The notes under the pieces: model-generated
Told to the model about the DNA's origin: nothing
What the model saw: only the letters and a program-made list of their open reading frames with translations
The model's database searches: none
In this document: positions 1-13,914 of the stretch, piece after piece
Layout: each line of letters opens with the position of its first letter
How positions within the stretch are numbered: the first letter of the stretch is position 1
Assembly: GCF_024521635.1 (NCBI RefSeq)
Contig: NW_026250420.1
Span: 620,001-684,000, forward strand
DNA from: Tricharina praecox
Taxonomy: Eukaryota
Reading direction: 5' to 3'
DNA length: 64,000 bases
Program-made: the position numbers and the translations under genes

Positions 1-479
1 GAAGTCCAGCGGTGTCCGAACTCGAGCGACGAGTGGCTGCCGTCCACGACGCCTCGGATCCTACGGGAATCAATGTCTCCATACGTGGCTCAGGGATGTG
101 ACGAAGAGAGTGCCTGCCTACCAGTGCGAGTAATCACCACGAACGAATAGGCGCAATTCCACAGACGCCGTATATACACGTGGCCGCCTTCTGTACCGTG
201 ACCAGCTACCTAGACCGCTGCTGCTACTCCTCATGGTGAAAATCGCTGAAGACATCGCTGAAGACGGGCCGACGGCGGGGCTCTACCCCGGGATTTTAAC
301 TCCATGACTCCATCACATCCATGATGTGTTCCTGATGCTCCGCAGTATCTATTTCCGACGTCGAGTCACACTGCTCTCCGCGGGGTCCCTGGTAGTCGAC
401 CGGAAGAGTCCACGCCGGCCCATCACTCGTCGAGTGACGAGTGACGAGCCATGGCGGTATGCATACCTACCTGACTTGA

Positions 480-557
480 CTGGGCAGGAAAGGAGTGCGA
501 CGGTTCGCCATAGTCTAGATAGGCTGTATGTGAAATAAACTGAAGATCTCTCTTTCT
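480..557 (+). mobile_element. 5'-truncated non-LTR retroposon 3' tail (family 2, (TC)n end)
   Basis: Near-identical to 43068-43146 and, inverted, to about 42311-42393. Flanked by a 13-bp direct repeat CTACCTGACTTGA (467-479 and 558-570), interpreted as a TSD. Confidence 0.8.
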
Positions 558-3500
558 CTACCTGACTTGAACTGGACCCACGGGCAGCGAGCCGTCGTGA
601 CTCGTTCGCAGTCATCGTAGCTATAGTAGCCAGCAACTCCATTGTCTACCTACATCCTACCATAGTGCTCGATAACTACTTAGTTGTGGATGTCCGAGTC
701 GAATGTAGGTAGGTAAATGACATGGTACATACACTCATGATCATATCAGATCGATGAGTCAGAGGAGGAGTCGGAGCGGCTAATATGCCCGCATTCCGGC
801 GGCCTCGCTCGCATGCGCTTCGAACTTCCCGTCGTAACTACATTTCGAGCGAATCAAGACGGGCCGGAGGATGTTTACACGTCGACGCGCATTTGTTTTT
901 TTGTTCTTAGGTATTGCCCGAGCGAATGTGAGAGAACACCAATTTGTTGTCGCATACCTACGGCCCGTCCAGACTGGCGACTAAACGCGCATGCCCAATC
1001 ACCCATGCCAACAACCCAGCTAGTAACAAAACAGCGAGTGCTCTACCGTGACCACTCCCGCCACGACCACCAGTCCACCACCACCACCACCACGACGCCG
1101 ACAAGACAGCAAATGCCACATCGCAGCTTCCGTTGACTCATAGCCCACCTTCTTCTTTTCTTTTCTCTTCTCTTCTTTGCTTGCGTACGCGTACGGTATT
1201 CCAACCACTGCAAGCTGTAGAGTAACTACCATTCCCATTACCAAACATCCCGACGCCTCAACAAACCCAGGGGCGCCACCAAAGCGCACGTGATCGCAGC
1301 CATCCGACGCCACAGCCACAGCACCCCTGGTCCCTGGACCGCACACGCACACACACACAACACCCAGGATCCACCACCCAACAGAATGGAAAACACATGT
1401 GATTGCGAACGCCGTGCTGTCCAGACTCACAATCCGGGGCTGGGGCTGTGCAGTTTGCGATCTTAATTAGTGCTGGGCCATGGTCTGGGGAGGGCGGGCA
1501 GGTCACAGGGCGAGTATACTAGGTGGGTACGGTCCCGGTATGGTATGTCTGTATGTATGTGGGTACCATCCATACTACTGTCGACACGCAAGCCACTCTC
1601 CGGGGCCAGCAGCAGCAGGCAGCCTACCTACCTGTCTACGTCTACCGCCCCGTGCAAAGCCCCCCGCAGGTATGTATAAGGTAGGTATGCACTCTCGATA
1701 GGGCGTAACAGCCAGCATCCTCACACGCACCATCCGAAAACGCATACGAATCCGGCCGGGGCGTCCCCCTCCCCCTCCCCCGGTTCCGGCCAGTACCTAG
1801 GTATATCGGTGATGAGCTGTCAGACATCGTTAACGTTCGCCCCCTCCGATCCTCCGATTCCCCTCCTCCTCCGATAGCCGTGTAGGGCAGCCCTCCCCCC
1901 TCGCCCGCAAAAGTGCCGCTTGCCGTGGTCGATCGTTCCTTTTCTCGTGCTGTTTGTTCCCTTCCTTTCCGGTTCCCCGTATGTGTGTGGGTGTGTGTGT
2001 ATGTTGTTGCTTGAACTCCACCATCGCCATCGATAGATGGGATGGGCGCAAGCGAGTGATATAGTGTGCAGCGTAGTGAGTGCACTGACGATTTCCGCAC
2101 TCTCAACGGAAAACAGGGCTGTGCATAGCGGCAGCCCCACACCTGCACACCCGCACATCCGCAACAAATCATGGCAATTGACAGCGCAGAAGGGATGGGA
2201 TGGGATAGGGATGGGAAAAGTCGGCTTCCCTGTTCTGTTGCGATCCCTTTTCTGGAATCAGGATATTTTCCGGAGGTGATCGGCAGGACGGGGGTGTGGC
2301 CCGGACCCGGGGTGGGTGGTTGTGGTGGATGTGGCTTGGCGGGGGGATCGGCGAGCCTTAACGAGCCTGCTTCTGGCCGCCCCCAGCCGGTCGGAGGTCG
2401 ACTCGGATTCGTCATGATCCGCGGGCGGAGAGGAGGATGAGAAAGAGGAGGAGGAGGAGCGACGGCACAGCTTCCCAGGCACAGGAGATGGCCAGTGCCA
2501 AAGCGCGATTCTCTTTTTTTTTTGGCGGTGTCGCTCCGTCAGTGACGGAAATGTGAAGAGATGCTGTCGTCGCGGTTGTGTCACGACGTCGCTCGCTCGG
2601 CCAGGAACAGGAATTGAGTTTTTTTAGTCATCGCCTTAGTCAACAACTGGGTAGTTGGCGCCGGACGAGACGAGACGATGCGAGACGATCTCCTGCGACT
2701 ACATACTCTACTTCGCACATACCGGTACCTAGTTCCAGCACCTATCCACGGGCCTCGTCTGACATGACATCCGATAAGCGTCTCTGCGCGCACTCAGCGC
2801 AGCGACGTAACATGCCATTTTCTTTGTTGCTTTAGCTACAAAGTACGGCACGGGGACGGGGTGCAACCGTGCAACAGCCTCTTGACGTCGGTGGATGTTG
2901 GAAGTGGCCTGTCGCAGCAAGCATCGCTCGTCATGCAGGGCTGGCAGCAGCAAGACCCTGAACCAAATTTAAACTTTTCTTTACCTTTTTCTTCTCCACG
3001 GAACGTAGTTACGCACGCATGCACAGTGATGTCATGCACGCCTAGAGTACACAAGCGAGCACACACTACCACCACCACGTCTGCACCAAGCGCCAAGGAT
3101 GATGGATGATGCTAGTCATGCTATGCTATTTCGGCACACTCGATGATGCTCACTCACACTGCTCAGATGCTGCTGCTGCCGTCAGCATACAACGCCGAAA
3201 CTGCGGATTCCCCCCAACCCACCACACCCCGTCGGAGCCGGCCGAAGAGAAGGTCGAAGATGCGCACCGAAGTGTGGTGGGCTGGGTTCCGAACGTGTTT
3301 GCGCAGACAAAAGTTTTATGGCTGCTGAGATTGATGATGATGATGCTCGATTACCTACGTACGTAGAGTACGTAGCGATTATCTACACAGCCCCACAGCA
3401 TCACAGCATCACATGGAACGTATTGTACATACCTCGGCATCGGCATTCGATGTCCGTGCCGGGGGCATTCATTTGTCATTCTCGGGCATCAGCCACACCC

Positions 3501-3747
3501 CCACCATCCAGTCATGCGCATTTCTCGGATTATTCCCAACCGTCCAGCACCCCCCCCACCCCACCCCAACAAGCAAGAATCGCACTTAGCCCCCCGGAGC
3601 CGGGGATATCCGCCCAAACCCGGCACCGGCGCCGACGCCGACAAACACCGTCCGCCCAACAATGGCCAAGAACCCACCCAATTGCAATCGCCGAGTCGGT
3701 CTCGAGCGTGACTGAACGGCCGCGTGCTCAAACAGTGTAGGAGGAGG

Positions 3748-3750
<3 letters not shown>

Positions 3751-3793
<43 letters not shown>
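3751..3793. repeat. (AG)n microsatellite
   Basis: About 21 AG units read directly. Confidence 0.95.
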
Positions 3794-3795
<2 letters not shown>

Positions 3796-4392
3796 CCGCC
3801 CTGTTGGTGAGTCACAGGGCACGCCTCGATCGCGGCCGCCAACACGTCTTTCCATGAATCGAAGTCCGCTCGACACTCGACACAGTGTCCAATCACGTGG
3901 ATGCACTTTCGCTTCAAGTGTCAGCCCAACACCCCTGTACTACAGGCTGTGGCTAACCCAGTACTAACTATACCTACCTAGGCCGGGTCACACACCAGCG
4001 ACGAAAAACCATGATCAGCTCACTTCCGCCATCCGTCGCCCTACAATCTGCTGGTCAGGCAATTGCACCCAGCTACGCACCAGCTATGTACGGATAACCC
4101 ATGACGAAAGTGAGCTGTGCTCGTTCGTTCGCTTCTTTCGCGATAAGGCAGACGCCGACAGACTGACGGACTGACGGACAGATGGACAGATGGACAGACG
4201 GACTGACAGGTTGACAAAGAAAGAAGGAAAGAAAGGAAAGAAAGAAAGAAAGAAGGAAGGAAGCTGAACGGACCAAAGGATCCGAAATGGACGGGGGAGG
4301 GGAGGTCCAGGACTCCAAGTGTGAATGTGAACGTGAACGTGAATGTGAATTGGTTTAGATATTTTCTTTTGGTTACCCACCAGCCACACTTT

Positions 4393-4436
4393 GGCACTTT
4401 ACTTCCTGGCACTTTACTTCCTGGCACTTTACTTCC
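4393..4436. repeat. 15-bp tandem repeat (GGCACTTTACTTCCT) x3
   Basis: Read directly. Confidence 0.85.
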
Positions 4437-7400
4437 CTGCCGCCTTGGATCCCTGAGCACGATCATCTCGTAAGTCAGATCGGATACATGGAGTGCCGTA
4501 TGTATCTATGATCCATCCACGCATAGCTGCCGTCGCGAAATACTAAGCTCGCATTCGTCTTCGGACCCGGAAGGCTGGAAGGCCGGAAGGCCGGACCTGC
4601 GCCGACAGGGGGCGACCGCCGACCGGCTGTTCCGAGGTTAACGGGCTTTGCACGCACCGATCTGATTGACCCGCACCGCGGCGCAGACGGATAAGGCATC
4701 AGCTCGTCCGGAACGGATCAGATAAGCGAAGACTCGCAGCGGCGTCGGGCTTGAACGCAACGCACCGTATGTTGAGTACGGTAGGAAGCACGTATGATGG
4801 TTTCGAGGGCGGTTCTCACCATCATCGTCATCGGGAAATGCGTCGACGCTTGAAACTGTGCCCAAACGAATACCTACGCTACGTACTTACATAACGCCCG
4901 GCCAATGAGCTGCCACAAGCAGGAAGTGGCAAACATGTCTACCTCGATTGAACGAGAATGCAGATTCGAAGCGGAAGCCGCGCGTTGTGTTCGTTGTCCG
5001 TTCGTTTGGACGCTCTCGTTTTTCCAAGTGGGCGTGTCTACCCGTGAGCATTCGAGGTGATGCAGGTCAACACAAAAGCTATCATGGTCGAGGTCAAGGT
5101 CGCTCGCTCCCCACCCTCCCCGAATCCCCGAGTCCCCGAGTCCCCAAGTCCCCGCTGGGTGCGTGCGTGTGTTCGTGCGCTCGTGCGTGCGGTGGTGCTC
5201 ACGAAGGCCGATGTGCTGCAGTAGAGATGCGTCATCTCCTTCCTACGGCATCCGACGACAGCGTGTGGGGGAAGGTGGATGGGTGGATGGGTGTATGGGT
5301 GGGTAGGTTTACCGTTTACGTTTCGAACCGAAAAGGGAGTTTCGGATCATTGTTTGAACTTTCTTTGCCCCGCTGATCTCCCCGAGCATAGGCTGAGCTG
5401 GGCTGGGATCGTAATGGGGACTGGGGAGGGGACGGGGGGCGTCCTCGAAATGTTGCCGGATGGTAACTTCTTACTCTAAGGATCTCAAACATGGTACACC
5501 TGTGCATAGGCTAGGCACGGTAGGTATGGCACGGTACCTGCTCTGCTCGCATGCGTCCCATGTAATGTCTGTCACCCACGTGTACGGTAAGTCGGTAGCT
5601 AAGTACGGCCAGATCTCTCGTCTGGGTCGTCTCGTCTCGAATAACCTTGTATGGGTGATCCGGCTGAGCGGGAGCGTACCGTAGGCCAGTACGCTGGGTA
5701 AGCCATGGTAAGCCATGGTACGGATGGAAATTATTCCCTGAAACGTCGGCGACTCGGCGGGCTTGATGAGGCAAGAGTAAGAGCAGGAGCGAGAGTAAGA
5801 GCCCTCCGGTCGTCCCGATGCTGTACATACCGTACTCTGCTATTCAGCCTCCTTCAGTAGCTACTTCAACCCAGCCGTATTGGAAATTGGACGAAAGCAA
5901 TAGATCCCACCGCTATTACTCTATGGACGGCTGGATACCTACCGTAGAGTAACAATCGTTGAGGTCTTTTGCTTTTCGTGAGTGAGGAGAAGTTATCGCC
6001 ACCGGCCCAGCGCTGGCTACATTGTATGGTATGCATAGGTAACTCATGTATCGTTGAGTTTCTTTTTGCATTGCATTTGCCCTTCGTCGGCAGAACATTT
6101 TCGCCACCGCCCCCCGCCGCGCCGGGGGCTCAACTGCGTTCAAGGTTCCGGTTCGCGGATGTGGTTCCGAACGCATCGATACTTATCTTGCCGAGGTGTC
6201 CGCACCTTCTTCTTTTTGTTCTTCTTCTAGAGTATGTTTTTAGGTATGTAGATTACCGATCCCCCGTTACTCGATTTCGTTCGTCGTTCGTTCGTCGTGT
6301 TGTTTGTTGCTGTCGTTGTTGTTGTTGCACGTGGTCGTCGTCGTCGTCGTCGTGGCCTTCGCGTTCTATTGCCATCACCAGTCCGCGCGCGCTCTCCTAC
6401 ACCCACATACCACAGCACCAATGCGATCGAATTCAAGTCCAATCCGGATTGATCGAGCGGAATAATTCGTCGTTTCTTACTTGGGGCCAGGGGTGCCGGG
6501 GGGGGGGCCGGGGGGGGGGGGGGGGGTGGGAGCTCGCGTGGACTAGAGTCGCCAGGATCCACGTTTATTTTTCGGGCGTTGCCGTGCGTGGATGGATGGA
6601 GGATTCGGGGAGGGGGGGAGCTAAGCATCCGCGATCTAGACGTGACGCTAATTGGGTAGCACGCTGCCACCCACGCTCGGCTGTCGCTCACCGTTGCAGT
6701 TGCGTCCGAGCAACACCTGACTGGGCCCTTCACTCCACTCGGGACAGGACAGGACAGGACAGGACAGGACAGGACAGGACAGGACATCCATGTCTCATCC
6801 GTCGTCATGCCTCGCTACAGCTTTCAGCGTTGAGCGCGGGTCCGAAGGGGATCATGGGCGGGCGGGCGCAGCGGTATCCACGGAAATCGCTCCCGGCCGC
6901 GGGGAAGGGGGGAGGTTTGGCGAGACACACAGATGCTGCTGCTGCTCGCAGATCTGTCATCTCGTTCCGAGAACACGGGAAAACTCGCAACACGGTGATC
7001 GGTCGGTACTCTAGCTACATGGTACGGGCTCCACCGGGTGTAGAGTAAACACAGATCGTCGTTTGGCCGTTCTCTTCCGCTGTGTGAGTTTGTGGTACGA
7101 CTACCGGTAGTATGGGCAACCCGATCGCTCCCTTCACCGTCCCCATCCGTCCCCGTCCTCGTCCCCGACGCTCCCCCTCTTCGACGGATCTCCGTCCCGG
7201 CCGCGGGGACATTGGGTGAAGGAAAAGAAAAAGAAAAGAATATGACCGCGCAAAAAAAAAGACCTCTTTTTCTTTTCGTTTTTACAAAAGAATCAACTAA
7301 CCGCGCTCGAGACCGCGGGAGAAAGAAAAAAGCTGCATGTGCATGTGCATCATCTGCATGTCTCGCCCAGCAGCACACCCACTCCGCTGGGAGAGCCATA

Positions 7401-8020
7401 GCTGCCATGGCATTGCAAGCCCTAGCATAGCACACAGCATAGCTCGTGGTTTTTTTTTCCCGCGACTCGGACGGAGGAGACTCAAATTTAGAAAAATCGA
7501 TCCAGGGATTCCAGGGATACTTGGGTAATCTGCACCGGCTATTGGCCGACCGCGCACCGCCCGCTGCATGTCAAAGGGGTGGTGTGTGCTTGGTGTGTGT
7601 GTGTGTGGCGGAAGAATTCCCATTCGAAGCGGTCATAGCTTCCAGTCCCTCTTCCCTTTTTTTCTTCCTTCCTTTTTTCCTTCCTTCTCGTCGTAAACGT
7701 GGCAGACGAGAAACGGCCCCAGCTCCCACCCTATCATATGTAGAGCACATACCCTACCGTGCGACGCGCTCATGGGGGGACGGGGGGACGAAGGGGATCG
7801 AAGGTGACACAGGCACAGACGGAAAAAGTGGATCCCGTTAGGGGGTTCCGAGAGTTCGGGTGTGCGTGGTCTGGACTTTGTCTCGTTCTCGGGTATCTGT
7901 ATAGCTGCACTGCCTGCAGCGGAAGGATGTGGGGGAGGATGTGTAAGAAGGGTAAGTAAGGGATGTAAGGTAGGGACTTGGGTAGGAAGGAAGGTAGGAA
8001 GGTATCGAATCGAAGACGAA

Positions 8021-8110
8021 GGGCTGGCCAGACGTACCGTACCGTACTCGCATCGAACGAACGAACGGCTGGCCTGGGCTGGCCAGACGTATGTACCGTA
8101 CTCGCATCGA
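8021..8110. repeat. Tandem duplication of about 55 bp (GGGCTGGCCAGACGTA..TACCGTACTCGCATCGAA)
   Basis: Two near-identical copies read directly. Confidence 0.75.
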
Positions 8111-11100
8111 ATCGCACCGCATCGCAGACGAGCGAGCGACCCGTCCCGTCCGCGTGGGACGTCCCCCTTGAGAAGTGTGCGCTCAACCTCCTGCTCCTTT
8201 GTTGCCCTCTCAGGATCCTATGTACATACGGCGACGGCGGGCATGAGAGGGCGGGCATGGCGGAGGGGGCATCCGTATGCTTATTCTCCACCATTCGCAT
8301 GCCTCTTCTCGCGCACGCCGTAAAGGAGGGACGCAAAACCGTACAGGTTTACGTACTCTACGTACGAGCCTCGATCGCATCATCACCATCATCACCATCA
8401 TCATCCTCCTACGAACCACCTCTACATACCACCAGCAAAAGCCTCCCTACCATTACCGCGGGCTACGGGCTGCGGGAGGCTCGCGGATGTGTGCTGGGTG
8501 TTGGGGGCGATCGATGGCATCGCAGGCCCTGGCGCGCTCCTGCCTGCTGCTCTCCCTCTCCCGGAGTCCCGGAGGACCGGTTTGACGTGAGTGGATTTTC
8601 CATGGCTAGCTGCCTAGCGCAGTTGATTCGGGCTCCAGCGAAGGAGAGTTGAAAGAGCGAAAGAGCGAAGAAAAAAAAGGAAAGGAAAGGAAAAGGGCGG
8701 AACCGGAACCGGATAAAGAAAAAGGAAAAAGAAAAAGGAAACCATAGCCACACTTGTTGCTGGTGCTGGTGATGGTGGTGACATAATATCCCATTTTGGG
8801 AGGATATAGTCGTCATAGTTGGGCTGTGCGAAGTGCGTGCAAGCCCAATAGGGAACAATTATGGGCGTTTGTGGGTGCTTTGGGTTTACTGCGGTGCTTA
8901 ATCTATCAGGATATGGTGGTTTTTTCTTTCTTTTTTTTCCTTCTCTTTCTGAAAGACTTTGCAGGGGTTGCGTGAAAATTTCTCTGCCATGCAAGGGTTA
9001 GCCACACACACCCACACACACCCGCACCCACAGACACCCGCACTACACCTTATCGATAATCGGTTTGCGTGGGAGCTGGGGCTGGATCTTGCTTCCATCC
9101 TCTTCCCAGGCTGGCTGGCTGGAGCTCACGGATCTTACGGCAGCACGCTACACCGATGCCCTGCTGGGTGTTGGGCCCTGGGCCCTGGGCCCTGGCTGGC
9201 TGGCTGTCTGTCTGCGGAGCCGTTGTCGTGCCGGAGAAGTGCCGGGCGCGTGGGAGCCGGGGAGTGCGGGCACTTATCTGAATTGGATGAAGCAGGAGGA
9301 GGAGGGCTTCCTGCATGCCGCAGGCTTGGGTTCTTCTTCGTCTTCCCTCGCCGGTCCCTGAGTAAGTCCTTACCGGCTTCTTACTCGAGTACCTTAAATT
9401 CCGCGAACGGAAAGCGAACGGACCCGGAATCCGAGGATGACGGTCCCTCTTCTTTTCTTCTTTTTTTCCCTTCTTCTTCTTTTCTTCCTTTTATCCTTCT
9501 CGTTGTCGGGGCGTGATTTTCCGAGGGTTGCATCCTCTCTTCCGGATCTTATGCATCCCACATGCTTGGTAAGTGCGGGAATAAGTGATTGAGTTATTGA
9601 GTGAGTTGAGTGGGTGTATCTCGGTCGTTGGATCCGTCCCGCTGTGCTTACGGCCGGAGAAAGTCCGTCGGCGTTTAGCCGCGCCGTAGATGTTTACTCC
9701 ATAGTTCCGAGCGCCGCACCCGGCAAGCTTACCCCCAGGACCGAACAGCCAGAGTTTGCTTGTGTGCGGACTCCATTTGTAAGGGATTAGTTAGGTATCG
9801 TGAGAAGCGGAACTGCGGTGTCGAAGTCTTCATCATCTCCAGCATCAGCATCAGCTTCGGCCGCCTGAAAGACGTGGTTACCGTACGTAGGCGCTTAAGT
9901 AACGGAACGGTCATGCTTACCCTTCGCTTCACTATTGCTGTGCAAGCGATGTGTAATTTCGTTCTCGCTCTCTCTTTCTCTCGCTCTCTCTTTCTCTCGC
10001 TCTCTCTTTCTCTCTTTCTCCCTTTCTCTCTTTCTTTCTTTCTTTCTTTCGGGGAGGGCGATGGGTGGGCGCGCATACGGTGGGAGGGAGGGAGGGGGCG
10101 GGGGTCGTGATCGGACAGCCGCTCGACACGTTCGGCGCGGTCGTTCGTCGCAGTCGTCGTCGTGGCCGTGGTCATCCCAACGTCGGCGTTCAACACGGAG
10201 CGATCGGTTGTGAGCAGCCTCAGCTCCTTACATATCGAAAAGGCATCGAGATGTTGGGTTGTTCCGGCCCGGAACGAACAAGGCCGCGCATTTCCCGACC
10301 GCACGCCCACCTCTTCACCTTCACTTCTACTGCAGGCCCACCTTCACCGCCCGTTGCCCTCCCCGAGCGCACAAACATTTTTCTTCTTATTTTTCATTTT
10401 ATTTCCGGTGCCGCGCAGAGAGAGAGAGGGTGCAAGTGTCGGAAGTGCAGACCCTCGGTTTCTCCGCGGTTCGGGGACTGCGGGCGCGGTCGGCGTTCTG
10501 GGCCTCGTGGAGGTGTGCGTGCTCACTTGCGAGCGAGCTGGGTGGGTGTCGTTCGCCAATCTGGCAAGCGGGAGGGCTGTGCTGGACTATAAGCCACTAA
10601 AAGTCCGTGCCTTGCCCCATAGGGACGGCTATGCACAAGCGAGTTGTTCTGGAAGGAATTTCTGTTTTTCTAGCGCTCATGCGGTGCGGTGCTTTGGGAT
10701 GTGGAACCGGCATGGTGCACAGCGGCCAGGGTGCCGTGCTTGTATGACAGGAATGGCTGTTGTGGTTGGCTTCGCTTTCTGGAGGTGCTGCTTCTCCCAC
10801 TCTCGCTCGACCCTCTCTCATGTGCAGGGGTGTGCTGCCTGTTGGTCGCTGTCTCAATTCCAGTTCCACTCCCCACCCACCACACCACCACCACCACCCA
10901 CCCCAGAGGTCGAGTCTGTCCTAGAGAGCTCAAGCCACATCCGTACCACCACCTACCACCACCGTGACATGCTCTGCTCCATACCTCATCCACATCCTTG
11001 TTCACATAGCCAAGTCGGCACACCACAACCCCATTCTCCACCACCCTGCCCACCCATCCGTCCCACATCCCAATCAACCCCAACAACCAAAATTGTCATG

Positions 11101-11739
11101 ACGCACAGAAACTTTTCCCTTACATATAACTGCGTCCTCCGGGTCGTGGCAAATTCACTTCCCCCATTCAACATCCTCAAGCGAAAGAAAAAACAACAAC
11201 CAGCTCGATCCCTCAGTACAGCTCCCTCCTCAGCTACCAGACCATCAGCATCCTACCTCTCCCCACCTATCGATAACACTCAATCCTATCCGAAATCCCC
11301 CACCACAGCTGGCCTACTGCTATCGTCGACCCGCCTGCGAATAATTTAGCTACCTGCTTCTGACTCTGCGAATCCTACCCTCCCTTCAGCATCGTCGCCA
11401 GCTCCCTCTACAGCTACAGTTCTTCTCCTGGAGTACGCTTCACACACCGATAGCTCTACGGGCTTCTAGCAGGTTCGCTTGACCCCCCTCTACGTTCGGC
11501 TTTTGGCGAGGACGAGGCGGAGCTATGCCTGAAGAAGGAAGCCCGTGCTCCGGCTCCCCACTGTGGCTGGTGCGCGATGGCAGGCTCGAGCTCTGGCCCG
11601 CGGATGTCCCTAAGCCTCTCGCGAAACTCTCTTGCTGACTGATTGTGACCCAGGTCAACGTCATAGACCCCCCAAAACACCCCACACCAAACAAAAAGAG
11701 ATAGGTCCGCACACCGGACCTGCTCTAGTATTAGATACT

Positions 11740-12362
11740 ATGCTCTCATCCTCCTCGCAACATCATCACCTCCCTCACTCCCACACTCAACCTCATCACT
11801 TCTCCACTTCACCTTCATCCACCCAGACCTCCTCCTACTACTACCCAGAAGACAACAACTACAACACATCGCCTTCCATCTACCACCCAGCTCCCACCCA
11901 GGCCTACCCACCTGCGAAGCGTGTCAAGGTCTACCCGAGCTTCGACTTCACAGAAATTCCCTCCACCTTTGACTGCCCTCCTCTGGTTTACTCTAGCGTC
12001 ATGCCTCAGGCAGCTCCTCTCCCCAGGAACATCGCTCCTCAGATCAACCTTCACCGGGCATCCGAGCCGGCTTCTCCCGTTACCATCGCTACCACCCTGT
12101 CGACTCACTCTTCGCCATCGCCGTCGCCGTCGAGGGTGACGATCGTGTCGGACCACCACAATTCCGCCGACTTCCCTCTGTACGAGGAGAGCTACCCGTT
12201 GAAGGAGCATCAACTCAACAAGCAAAACGTCCTGCGCCCCCGGTTCGGTGCCAACACTTCGAATCCCTCGCCCACCTTTCACGATTCGCTGGTCGGTGAA
12301 TTGGATCCGTCGTGGCCCCTTTGCACGCCGCAGTTGATGGACTACGCCAAGTTGCAGCGATC

Positions 12363-12405
<43 letters not shown>

Positions 12406-13322
12406 TACTACCAGAACCAGATGCCCGTCTTCCGCCACACTGAAGACGAAGACATTCCCGAGCTGTCTCCTTCGCGGTGTTCGGCATCCAGACCATCCAT
12501 CTCCGAGCTCGACATGCCTACCACCCCCGGACACTCGCCCGTGCACAGGGAATCAAGCAGGTGTGCGCAGACACCGACAGCTCGTGAGCACGCCTTCATT
12601 GCGCATTGGATAGACGGCTGCTTACCCCTTCAATTAGAACACCACACTGGACCCAAGCTCATGCGCACCGTCTCCGACGCCGAACAGGATGAGCTCTTCA
12701 ACCCCGGAATGGCCCCTGGTGCGACGCGCTCGCAACCGGAACGCATCGCGGACACGAATTCGCAGTTGCCGACTCTACTGCAGCAGGCGCAGAGCCAGCA
12801 CATGGCACGCTCGACTCCGGTCAAGCCCACCATGATGGTTCGCGATCACTCGCCGTTCAGAGCCAATTCCCCCTTCCACCCCGCTCGCACACAACAGGAA
12901 ATTATCCCGTCGCCCACCCGGACGACCGCTTTCCTGAACGTTGGTGCTTACACCACCGCACGGTCCCAGCGTGAGAAGAATATCGAGCGCGACGCGGAGG
13001 CTCTGAGGCAGCAGCTGCGAAAGGAGTACGAGGAGTTGCAGCAGACCCCCAAGACGATCTCGCCCAAGGATGCTTACCTCGAGTACGCCGAGCCCGAGAA
13101 CAACAACGGCATCCAGGGCGGTCTCTTCAGCAGCAGCCAGAACGATGACGCCTACTCTCAGCACAGCATCAAGAGCGAGAGCGACAGCGGTAGCTTTCAC
13201 GGCGATGACGATAACGAGCAGAGTTACGACGAAAGCTTGGCTCCCGGCAGCCGCAGGGACAGTGACGTGAACATGGACTACGGCATGCCGATCTACCACC
13301 ACCACCACAACAACGAGAACAC

Positions 13323-13354
<32 letters not shown>

Positions 13355-13914
13355 TCGGAGACCACCTCAACATTCCCGGTTACGGGTGGGGTGACGAATG
13401 CTCCAGCCAGGAAAGTTCGGAGGCTTCACGCCATTCCGACTCAAACCACGAGCTAACATCATCACCGCTCCGCAAACCGGCCGACACCATGGCCAATGAC
13501 GGCGCCTACTCCTGTACCGTGCACGGCTGCAGCCTGCGCTTCCCAACAGCCAGCAAGATGTCCAAGCACCGACGAGAGGCACACAGGAACAACACGCCGT
13601 TGAGCCGTGATGCACCCATCAAGTCACTGCTCCAGGGACCATCCCGTTGCGAGCGGACAAACCCTACCACCGGCAAGCCCTGCAACACCATCTTCTCTCG
13701 GCCTTACGACCTCACTCGTCATGAAGACACCATCCACAACACCGCGCGCCAAAAGGTTCGGTGTGAGATCTGCAACGACGAGAAGACCTTTAGCCGACAC
13801 GACGCACTGACCCGACACAAGAAGGTATGTTTCCTCCCCCGTCGCACGGACTTTTCCAATCATGAAGTCATCGACTAACGCGCAAAACAGGTTAAGCACG
13901 GTATCGACAAATAA
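11740..13914 (+). CDS. RPN4: C2H2 zinc-finger transcription factor, Rpn4/Rsv2-like (putative proteasome-gene regulator), about 702 aa; exons 11740-13824 and 13891-13914
   Basis: C-terminal fingers CTVHGC..HRREAH, CERTNPTTGKPCNTIFSRPYDLTRHEDTIH and CEICNDEKTFSRHDALTRHKK|VKH match recalled Pezizomycotina Rpn4 orthologues. Intron 13825-13890 (GTATGT..ACTAAC..CAG) completes the last finger. The N-terminus is S/P/Q-rich. The first in-frame ATG is at 11740. Confidence 0.88.
12362..12405 (+). repeat. (CAG)n poly-Gln tract inside the Rpn4-like CDS; a second tract lies at about 13325-13353
   Basis: Read directly. Confidence 0.95.

Noticed and set aside
11146..11153. GTGGCAAA PACE-like site suggesting Rpn4 autoregulation
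   Set aside because: Imperfect match to GGTGGCAAA; an 8-mer is expected by chance in 64 kb.
5969..11349. Long ORFs (359, 224 and 395 aa, among others) upstream of the Rpn4-like gene
   Set aside because: Run through microsatellites and homopolymers, mostly with non-ATG starts, and show no recognisable domains.
11815..13365. Minus-strand ORFs of 243 and 196 aa
   Set aside because: Antisense shadows of the Rpn4-like CDS; the poly-Leu comes from CAG repeats.
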